Virus record (IMG/VR): IMGVR_UViG_3300038809_000020 | Location: 1 to 24,626 of that record | Origin: a virus | Taxonomy: Duplodnaviria > Caudoviricetes | Length of the DNA stretch: 24,626 nt | Reading direction: 5' to 3' (one strand) | In this document: positions 7,559 to 14,460 of the stretch, one piece after another | How positions within the stretch are numbered: position 1 is the first letter of the stretch | Layout of the letters: every line of letters starts with the position of its first letter | Notes under the pieces: generated by a model | Databases searched by the model: none | Told to the model about the DNA's origin: nothing | What the model saw: the letters and a program-made list of their open reading frames with translations, nothing else | Program-made: the position numbers and the translations under genes

Positions 7559-7962
7559 GTTCCAACCGCCGCGTCGCCTGGGGCGCCGCCTTCGCACAAG
7601 CCCGAGGGGATCGCATGGTACGCCGTGAGATCCGCGAGGAGCGCCTGCGCGGGCAACGCTGCTCCAAGCTCGACCTGTCCGCGTGGCGTGGCCAGTCCGG
7701 CCGCCGCTACGTCGTGGCGGTTTACACGCTGGCACAGGCCCGCACGGACGTTGACGCACCCGGTGCCGTGATCCTCGGCGTGCGCCGGGGTGATGACGGG
7801 CTCGCCCGCATCGTCGGCGCCGGCTGGCGCGGCACGATGGCCGAGGCCGCGGAGCTCGCCGCGGCCGACGGCGCAACAGAGATCCACGCGCACCGGCTCG
7901 CCGACTCCGACGAGGACCGCGAGGCGATCGTCGAGGACTTGGTGGGTGACGATGCGCTCTGA
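7555..7962 (+). CDS. Hypothetical protein (WRGQSGRRY motif)
   Basis: GTGA coupling; SAWRGQSGRRYVV...ATEIHAHRLA...REAIVEDL pattern. Confidence 0.65.
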   Translation: MSSNRRVAWGAAFAQARGDRMVRREIREERLRGQRCSKLDLSAWRGQSGRRYVVAVYTLAQARTDVDAPGAVILGVRRGDDGLARIVGAGWRGTMAEAAELAAADGATEIHAHRLADSDEDREAIVEDLVGDDAL

Positions 7963-8095
7963 GCCGCACCCCTACCTCGACCTCTGGTCGCTGGTCGCGA
8001 TCTACGCGGCCGCGGCCACGATCGTCCTCGAGGCGAACTACCAGCTGCCGATGGCCCTGCTCGACGAGTGGGGCCGGATCTTGCGGGACCGATGA
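7952..8095 (+). CDS. Small hypothetical protein (47 aa)
   Basis: Overlaps upstream stop; one hydrophobic segment. Confidence 0.5.
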   Translation: MRSEPHPYLDLWSLVAIYAAAATIVLEANYQLPMALLDEWGRILRDR

Positions 8096-8175
8096 TGTTC
8101 GGCGGCTGGCTGCGGCAGACCGTGATCGCCTGGGCCCGATCGCGGGCGCTGGTAGAGCCGACCCGATCGGCCTAG
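8092..8175 (+). CDS. Possible micro-ORF (27 aa)
   Basis: ATGA coupling; MMFGGWLRQTVIAWARSRALVEPTRSA. Confidence 0.3.
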   Translation: MMFGGWLRQTVIAWARSRALVEPTRSA

Positions 8176-8176
8176 A

Positions 8177-8315
8177 CTGATCCTGCTCTGAAAAGAGGCG
8201 GGAGCCGGAGTGGTTACGACACTCCGAACCGCGTGCTTGGGACACGCATGACCGCAGTAAGGCCTTACAGAGGCCACCCCGCCACGCCTGCAGGCGCCGG
8301 GGCACCCTGCATCAG
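8177..8315 (+). ncRNA. Candidate structured cis-regulatory RNA leader of the methyltransferase
   Basis: Five consecutive hairpins (8181-8203, 8206-8226, 8231-8247, 8261-8275, 8277-8302) ending 3 nt before ATG 8319. Confidence 0.6.
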
Positions 8316-8318
8316 GTT

Positions 8319-9176
8319 ATGCCCGAACACCATTCCGAGGCGGCAACACAGCCGTCGCACCGTGCCGCGCCAGCTCCCGGCGCGCTCGCAGACCCCGCAT
8401 CGAGCGATCGGTGCGGGGTCTTGCGCTTCTCCTTCCCGGAGACCGTCCAGATCGGGTCGGCGACGCTGATCCGCGCGGACAGCCTGTTCGACGTGCTCGG
8501 CGCCCTCTTGCCCGGCTCGATCGGCGGCGTGCTGACCGATCCGCCCTATTCGAGCGGCGGCCTTCACGCCGGCGACCGCATCCGGGCGCCGAGCCAGAAG
8601 TACCAGTCGAGCGAGTACCGGCATCTCCAGGCCGAGTTCGTCGGCGACAACCGCGACCAACGCTCGTTCCTGGCGTGGTCCGGCCTGTGGATGCACCGGG
8701 CCCGGCTCGGCATGCGCCCGGGCGCGATCCTGGCCGCGTTCACGGACTGGCGTCAGCTGCCGGTGACCACGGACGCGCTGCAGACCGCCGGCCTCGTCTG
8801 GCGGGGCATCGTGCCCTGGGACAAGACGGAGGCTGTCCGGCCTCAGCTCGGGCGCTACCGCAATCAGGCCGAGTTCCTGGTCTGGGGCACCAACGGCCAC
8901 CGCGCTTCGGTTGGCCGGATCGCGCCAGGCGCCTATCGGGCTTCGGTCCCGCGGGCGAAACTGCACATGGCGGCCAAGCCCGTGTCGCTGATGCGCGAGC
9001 TGCTCGCGATCATCGACGGCCCGGTGCTCGACCCGTTCATGGGTTCGTCGCCGATCGGCGAGGCCTGTGCCGAGCTCGGGCTTCCGTATCTCGGCGTCGA
9101 GGCCGATCCGCGCCACTTCGACACCGCTTGCCGGCGGCTCGAGGCGGTCGCCGAGCGCGGCACGCCGGCCTGCTGA
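8319..9176 (+). CDS. DNA N6-adenine/N4-cytosine methyltransferase (beta class)
   Basis: Catalytic TDPPY precedes SAM-binding VLDPFMGS; also FTDWRQLP, WDK, KPVSLM, GVE motifs. Confidence 0.92.
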   Translation: MPEHHSEAATQPSHRAAPAPGALADPASSDRCGVLRFSFPETVQIGSATLIRADSLFDVLGALLPGSIGGVLTDPPYSSGGLHAGDRIRAPSQKYQSSEYRHLQAEFVGDNRDQRSFLAWSGLWMHRARLGMRPGAILAAFTDWRQLPVTTDALQTAGLVWRGIVPWDKTEAVRPQLGRYRNQAEFLVWGTNGHRASVGRIAPGAYRASVPRAKLHMAAKPVSLMRELLAIIDGPVLDPFMGSSPIGEACAELGLPYLGVEADPRHFDTACRRLEAVAERGTPAC

Positions 9177-9198
9177 AGGCCTCGAAAACCGCCTTTGC

Positions 9199-9220
9199 CT
9201 GATAATTCTTGAATTATCAG
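9199..9220. promoter_or_regulatory. Perfect 10-bp inverted repeat with central TT: putative serine recombinase crossover/binding site
   Basis: CTGATAATTC-TT-GAATTATCAG, AT-rich, 50 nt upstream of the recombinase start. Confidence 0.65.
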
Positions 9221-9270
9221 ACACCGGCCAAATCCGATCCGAAAAGCGCAGCAATCACAGGGGTTTGCGA

Positions 9271-10119
9271 GTGGCTACAAGTAGCGCTCGCGCCCGCCGC
9301 GCGCTTCGTAGGAATGCGGTCCAAACGGCCCAGCGCGAAGAAGTCCGGGCCCGGGCGGTCGGCTACATCCGCGTCTCCACCGAGGAGCAGGCGCAGTCGG
9401 GCTTCGGCCTCGACGCGCAGGAGGACGCGATCCGAAAGTATGCGGACGCGGTCGGCCTGGAGCTGGTAGCCGTCCATGCCGACCCCGGCGTGTCCGGCAC
9501 GACCCGCCCGGCGGACCGACCCGGCTTTGCGAAGGTGCTGGAGCTGGCCGCTGACGGTCGGTTCTCCGTGCTCTTGGTCAAGCGCTTCGATCGCCTCGCC
9601 CGGTCCCTCGCGCTCGCGGTAGGCACATCGGGCGAGCTCGATGCCCAGCACGGGGTGAGCATCCGCAGCATCTCGGAAGGGATGGACACGGGCTCGGCCG
9701 CCGGCCGGCTCATCTTCGGCGTGCTTTCAGCCCTCGCGGAGCAAGAGCGCGACACGATCACGGAGCGCACCAAGGGCGGCCGCATGCAGAAGGCCGGCCA
9801 GGGCGGCTACAGCTGCGGACGCATCCCGTACGGCTACTTGTCGGACGGCAAAGGCGGCCTCCTCGTGGATGAGGAGCGCGCCGTCGTCGTCCGCCGGATC
9901 TTCGCCGAGAACGGCGCAGGACGCACGGTCCGCGCGATCGCCGAGGGCCTCAACGCCGACGAGATCCCGTCGCCGCGCGGTCGCCGCTGGTCCGGCGGCG
10001 GTGTCAGCTACGTGCTGAACAACCAAGCCTATTTCGGGCGCACGGAGGTGGTGTTCATCACCGGCGGCGTCGTCACCCACGTCAACCGCCCGGGCAGCCA
10101 TGCCCGCATCGTCCGGTGA
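9271..10119 (+). CDS. Serine recombinase (catalytic + recombinase domain, no C-terminal Zn ribbon)
   Basis: GYIRVSTEEQ, D.GVSG...DRPG, DRLAR, AEQER..I.ERT..G, PYGY, W....V..VL.N..Y.G motifs; GTG 9271 chosen as start. Confidence 0.92.
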   Translation: MATSSARARRALRRNAVQTAQREEVRARAVGYIRVSTEEQAQSGFGLDAQEDAIRKYADAVGLELVAVHADPGVSGTTRPADRPGFAKVLELAADGRFSVLLVKRFDRLARSLALAVGTSGELDAQHGVSIRSISEGMDTGSAAGRLIFGVLSALAEQERDTITERTKGGRMQKAGQGGYSCGRIPYGYLSDGKGGLLVDEERAVVVRRIFAENGAGRTVRAIAEGLNADEIPSPRGRRWSGGGVSYVLNNQAYFGRTEVVFITGGVVTHVNRPGSHARIVR

Positions 10120-10385
10120 GCCCTTTGGCTGAAGAAATCGACCGCCAGCTAGACCGCCTCGAGGTCCGGCACGGCGACATCCTGGTGCTGCGCACGTCGC
10201 AGAAGCTGCAGCCGGCGACGGCCACGCGCTGGCAGGACGACCTGATCCGCATGTGCGCGGCCGCCGGCGTCCGGGACGTGACGGTCCTGGTCCTCGACAA
10301 CGCCGCCGAGCTGTTGGTCGAGCGGCCGGCCACGCGCCTGGTGCAGCAGAGCCGCGACGTCTCACAGCCTATGCAGAGCTGCTGA
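10116..10385 (+). CDS. Hypothetical protein
   Basis: GTGA coupling, 89 aa, GC3-rich. Confidence 0.65.
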   Translation: MSPLAEEIDRQLDRLEVRHGDILVLRTSQKLQPATATRWQDDLIRMCAAAGVRDVTVLVLDNAAELLVERPATRLVQQSRDVSQPMQSC

Positions 10386-10402
10386 CCCTCGGAGATCTCG
10401 GC

Positions 10403-10630
10403 ATGGCCGAAAAGCACACGAACCTGCGGATCCGCCCGCGCTCGCTCAACATCGAAAGCCTCCCGCACGGCGGCTACGCGGTTCGTGAGAGCGGTCAGGA
10501 GCATCGTGGTTTCGAGCGCGAGCTCGTCGCTGCGTTCACACGGCTGACGGACGCCGTCTGTTGGATCGAGGAGCAGATGCGGCTTCCGGAGCCGGATCTC
10601 GCGAGCGTCACGCACGCCGTCATCCGCTGA
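10403..10630 (+). CDS. Hypothetical protein (75 aa)
   Basis: GGAG RBS then MAEKHTNLRIRP... Confidence 0.6.
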   Translation: MAEKHTNLRIRPRSLNIESLPHGGYAVRESGQEHRGFERELVAAFTRLTDAVCWIEEQMRLPEPDLASVTHAVIR

Positions 10631-10639
10631 GGCGCAGCC

Positions 10640-10711
10640 ATGGCCGCCCAGACGCTGACGATCCTCGACCCGATCTCCGGCCAGATGAAGACCATCACCG
10701 TCGGGCGCTGA
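10640..10711 (+). CDS. Micro-ORF (23 aa)
   Basis: GAGG RBS; MAAQTLTILDPISGQMKTITVGR; nearly all codons end in G/C; fills the intergenic gap exactly. Confidence 0.5.
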   Translation: MAAQTLTILDPISGQMKTITVGR

Positions 10712-10715
10712 TCCC

Positions 10716-11444
10716 ATGCTGAAGCTCGACGCCAGCGAGTTCGGCCTCAAGGCCGAGGCCGTTGGGCGAGCTGCCCGGCAGGTCCCGTTCGTCGCCGCGG
10801 TCGCACTGACCAACGCGATGAAGGACGCGCGCGAGGCCGAGCGCGAGACCATGCGGTCCGTATTCGACCAGCCGTCGAGGTTCACGCTCAACAGCCTGAT
10901 GGTCCAGCCGGCCACGAAGCAGCGGCTCCAGGCCGAACTCGGCTTCAAGGAAGGCAGCGGGTCTATCCCGGCCTGGAAGTTCCTCGGGCCTCAGGTCGCC
11001 GGCGGCACGCGCCGGCACAAGCGGTTCGAGGTCCTTCTGATCCGCAAGGGCGTGATGCTGGCCGGCGAGTTCGCTGTGCCCAGCACGCGCTGCCCGCGAG
11101 ACGGCAACGGCAACGTGTCGGGCGCTTTCATCACCCGCATGCTCTCGGCGCTTGGCGCCCAGTCCGACCGCTACCAGAACACCACGGCGCGCTCGAAGCG
11201 CCGCAACGTCGGACGGAACGTCGAGTACATCGTCTTCCGCAACCACGGGAAGGCGCCGGACGGGATCTACCTTCAGAAGCAGAAGTGGGCGGTGCCCATC
11301 TTCCTGTTCGTGAAGGGCGTCAGCTACACCAAGCGCTTCCCCTACTACGAGAAGGCGGGCGCCGTGGTGCCAGCCGCGTACCGGAAGCATTTTCGGGCGG
11401 CCTGGGAGCGCTTCGTCGTCAACGACGTGCGCCGGAAGGCCTGA
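10716..11444 (+). CDS. Lambda gpZ-like tail completion/neck protein
   Basis: Basic protein with QVPF..A.ALT..., FDQP..FT.NS, GG.R..KRFE, F.YY patterns. Confidence 0.6.
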   Translation: MLKLDASEFGLKAEAVGRAARQVPFVAAVALTNAMKDAREAERETMRSVFDQPSRFTLNSLMVQPATKQRLQAELGFKEGSGSIPAWKFLGPQVAGGTRRHKRFEVLLIRKGVMLAGEFAVPSTRCPRDGNGNVSGAFITRMLSALGAQSDRYQNTTARSKRRNVGRNVEYIVFRNHGKAPDGIYLQKQKWAVPIFLFVKGVSYTKRFPYYEKAGAVVPAAYRKHFRAAWERFVVNDVRRKA

Positions 11445-11550
11445 TCGGGCTGCGCCCTCCAGCGGCCCGCGGAGGCCGCCGGAGGGCCATCCGGGTGCCT
11501 GAGGGCGGGCCGGACGGCAGACGGAGTGCCCCCCTCCCTGGCCAAATCCA

Positions 11551-11625
11551 GGGTCCTTCCGGGAGGGGGGTGCCGGTGAGGGGAATTCGGACCCCACCGG
11601 TTCACCCTCTGAGAAATTTTGAAAA
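11551..11625 (+). other. cos: Lambda-type cos site (cosQ GGGTCCT; predicted 12-nt cohesive end GGGAATTCGGAC at 11581-11592)
   Basis: GGGTCCT, 23 nt, then a 12-mer flanked by dyad CCGGTGAG/CCCACCGG, then AT-rich GAGAAATTTTGAAAA; directly upstream of terS. Confidence 0.75.
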
Positions 11626-11640
11626 CAGGGGTTGTTGTTG

Positions 11641-12219
11641 ATGTCCGGCGCCATCGACGGCCGGCTCGTGAACCGTGCCGATCTCGCCGGGATCTTCGGC
11701 GTCAGCGTCAACACGGTCACGAACTGGATCGAGAAGGGCTGCCCCTACGTCGAGCGCGGTAGCAACGGCGTCGAGTGGCAGTTCGATACGGCCGCCGTAA
11801 TCGACTGGCGGATCCAACGCGCCGTCGAGAACGTGGCGATGAACGCCGGTGACGACAGCACCAGGGACAGCAGCAAGGCCCGGCGCGAGGACGCCGACTG
11901 CCGGCGCGCGGTCGCCAACGCGATCGTCGCCGAGATCAACGCCGACGAGGCGCTGAAGGCGGTGGTGTCCCGGCACGACGCCGTCGCCGACATGGCGATC
12001 TTCTGCCAGGTCCTCCGGACCGGGCTGTCGAACATGGCCTCCAAGGTCGCCGGACGGGCGGCCACGATGACCAACGCCTCCGAGATCGAGGCGATGGCCA
12101 AGGCCGAGATGAACCGAGCCTTCACGGCCGCCCGCGAGGAGATCGCGCAGCGGTGGTTTGCAGGACGCGACCCCGACCATGACGCTGGCGGAGCGGATCG
12201 GAACCCACCGGCGGGGTGA
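11641..12219 (+). CDS. terS: Terminase small subunit (Nu1-like)
   Basis: N-terminal wHTH VNRADLAGIFGVSVNTVTNWIEKGCP...FDTAAVIDW, then coiled coil; precedes terL. Confidence 0.9.
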   Translation: MSGAIDGRLVNRADLAGIFGVSVNTVTNWIEKGCPYVERGSNGVEWQFDTAAVIDWRIQRAVENVAMNAGDDSTRDSSKARREDADCRRAVANAIVAEINADEALKAVVSRHDAVADMAIFCQVLRTGLSNMASKVAGRAATMTNASEIEAMAKAEMNRAFTAAREEIAQRWFAGRDPDHDAGGADRNPPAG

Positions 12220-14239
12220 GTACCCGGCTGGCCGCGACGCGACGCGCACCGACCTTGATCGGCTGTTCGACGAGGCCCTCGTCTTCAAGCCGCACATGTC
12301 CGGCTCGCAGTGGGCGGAGGAACACGGCCGGATCCCGAAGAGCACCGGCTCCGAGAGCGGGCCGGTCACCCTCTACGGGTACCAGCGCGGCCTCATGGAC
12401 GCGATGTGCGATCCGACGCTGCCGCTGGTCACCGTTTTGAAGGCGGCCCGTGTCGGCTATACCCGGCTCGCCACGCTAGCGATCGGCTACCACCTCCATC
12501 AGGACCCGACGCTCTGCGCGGTCGCGCAGCCGGTCGAGGATGACGCGGAGGAGTTCGGCGCCACCGAGATCGCGCCGATGCTGCGCGAGACCCCGGTGCT
12601 CGCGAAGATGCTGCGGCCCGTCCGGAAGGGCGAGAAACAGGACTCGGCGACGTTCTACCAGCTGTCGAACGGCGCCCTCGTGCGCGTCGTCGGCGCCGCC
12701 TCGGACGATGCGTTCCGGCGCTACTCCGCACGGTTCCTGTTCGCCGACGAGATCGACGGCGACGGCTGGACGCCCGGCGCCAAGACGCAGGGCGACAAGC
12801 TCAAGCTGTTCTGGACCCGCGGCGAGACCTTCTACAACCGCAAGCAGGTCCGAGGCTCGACGCCGCTCCTGGAGGAGACGAGCCGGGTCTGGAAGCTCTG
12901 GCTGGCCTCGGATCAGCGGCGCTACTTCGTGCCCTGCCCGCAGTGCTCGGAGGCCGCTAGCGAGCTCTCCGGCTGGCAGTATCTCGATTGGGGTGGGAAG
13001 GACACGCCTCACGGCCTGAAGTGGGATCTGAACGAGGATCGCTCGCTCAAGTCCGTCTGGTACCAAGGGACCTGCGGCTGCATCATCGACGAGGGCAGCA
13101 AGGCCTGGATGGATGAGCGGGGCGACTGGCGCCCCACCGCGACGCCGAAGATCCCTGGGCACGCCGGCTTCCATCTCTGGACCGGGATGTCGCTCAACGC
13201 GAACGCCGCCTGGCCGGTGATCGTGCAGGAGTGGCTGGAGGCGCAGGACGATCCGGCCAACCTCGTCCAGCCGTTCGTCAACCTGCGCCTCGGCCGGCCG
13301 TACCGGCAGACCTACGGCCAGGAGATCAAGCCGACGGCGTTCGTGGAGCGCTGCGAGGAATACGGCGCCGAGGTCCCGGATTTTGTCACCACCCTGACGC
13401 TCGGTGGCGACGTCCAGTCCGGCGGCAACGCCCGCATCGAGGGCAGCATCTGGGGCTGGGGCCCGGGGCTGGAGAGCGCGCTCATCGGCCACTTCGTCCT
13501 GATGGGCGATCCGGCCGAGCCGGGCGTCTGGCAGTCGCTCGACGCCTTGTTGAAGCGGACCTTCAGGAAGTCCGACGGCACCGAACTTCGCGTGAAGGCG
13601 GCCGCCATCGACTCCGGTGGTCACCACACGGCTGAAACCTACGCCTTCTGCACTGAGCGCCGGAAGCGCAAGGTCTGGGCGATCAAGGGCAAGTCGGAGG
13701 CACGCGGCGCCCGCACCAAGGTGTGGCCGCGGCTCGCGTCCACGAAGCTCGGCTCGTCCTGGTACATGATCGGCGGCAACGCCGCCCGTGACTTCGCCTA
13801 CGGCTCGCTGCCGCTGGTCGATCCTGGTCCGCGCTACGTGCACTTCCCGCTCGTGCCAGCGCGGGGCTCCCGGCCGATCGACGCCGAGTACTTCGAGCAG
13901 CTGACCCGCGAGAAGCTCGTGGTGCGGCGCCAGGGCTTCACCGAGTGGGAGAAGCCCAAAGCCGCCCACGAAGCGGGCGTGTGCTTCGTCTACGCCTACG
14001 TGGCGATGTGCGGGCTGCAGAGCCTGTCCCGCCGCTACGTGGCGCTGGGCAAGCTGCCCGAACGCGAAGAGCCCGAGGAGCAGCTGGACGACGATCCCGC
14101 GCCCGAACCGGGACAGGCCGTCGTCGTGGCGCCGCCAACCGAGCGACCGGCGCCCCGCCCCGTGGTGGTGCAGCGCGCCGAACCCAAGAAATCGTCGGCG
14201 CCCCAGCCGCCCCGGAAGAGGCAGTCGACATGGCTGTAG
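12179..14239 (+). CDS. terL: Terminase large subunit (lambda GpA family)
   Basis: KAARVGYT Walker A, LFADEID Walker B, STP coupling motif, SDQRRYFVPCPQC, IDSGG, AIKG; start could be TTG 12158. Confidence 0.96.
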   Translation: MTLAERIGTHRRGEYPAGRDATRTDLDRLFDEALVFKPHMSGSQWAEEHGRIPKSTGSESGPVTLYGYQRGLMDAMCDPTLPLVTVLKAARVGYTRLATLAIGYHLHQDPTLCAVAQPVEDDAEEFGATEIAPMLRETPVLAKMLRPVRKGEKQDSATFYQLSNGALVRVVGAASDDAFRRYSARFLFADEIDGDGWTPGAKTQGDKLKLFWTRGETFYNRKQVRGSTPLLEETSRVWKLWLASDQRRYFVPCPQCSEAASELSGWQYLDWGGKDTPHGLKWDLNEDRSLKSVWYQGTCGCIIDEGSKAWMDERGDWRPTATPKIPGHAGFHLWTGMSLNANAAWPVIVQEWLEAQDDPANLVQPFVNLRLGRPYRQTYGQEIKPTAFVERCEEYGAEVPDFVTTLTLGGDVQSGGNARIEGSIWGWGPGLESALIGHFVLMGDPAEPGVWQSLDALLKRTFRKSDGTELRVKAAAIDSGGHHTAETYAFCTERRKRKVWAIKGKSEARGARTKVWPRLASTKLGSSWYMIGGNAARDFAYGSLPLVDPGPRYVHFPLVPARGSRPIDAEYFEQLTREKLVVRRQGFTEWEKPKAAHEAGVCFVYAYVAMCGLQSLSRRYVALGKLPEREEPEEQLDDDPAPEPGQAVVVAPPTERPAPRPVVVQRAEPKKSSAPQPPRKRQSTWL

Positions 14240-14460
14240 ACTACGCCGCCCGGATCACGGCGATCGAGGACGCCCTCGCGCAGGGCGTCCTCAGCGTCAG
14301 CTACGAGGGCAAGTCGGCGACCTATCGCTCCTTCGAGGAGATGATGAGGGTGCTCGGCTACCTGCGCCGCCAGCTCGCGCGGGCGAACGGTCAGCGCGTG
14401 TCGAACGTGGGGTTCGCCAGCTTCGATCGCGGCTATACCCATCGCGGGCGGCGCTGCTGA
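14230..14460 (+). CDS. gpW-like head-tail joining protein
   Basis: 76 aa between terL and portal; ALAQGVLSVSYEGKSATYRS..EM. Confidence 0.85.
   Translation: MAVDYAARITAIEDALAQGVLSVSYEGKSATYRSFEEMMRVLGYLRRQLARANGQRVSNVGFASFDRGYTHRGRRC

Noticed and set aside
11453-11488. Strong GC hairpin after the gpZ-like gene
   Set aside because: No U-tract on either strand; cannot be called a terminator
11609-11633. CTGAGAAATTTTGAAAACAGGGGTT loosely resembles the recombinase palindrome region at 9199-9265
   Set aside because: Dyad symmetry is lost and it is better explained as the AT-rich element of cos
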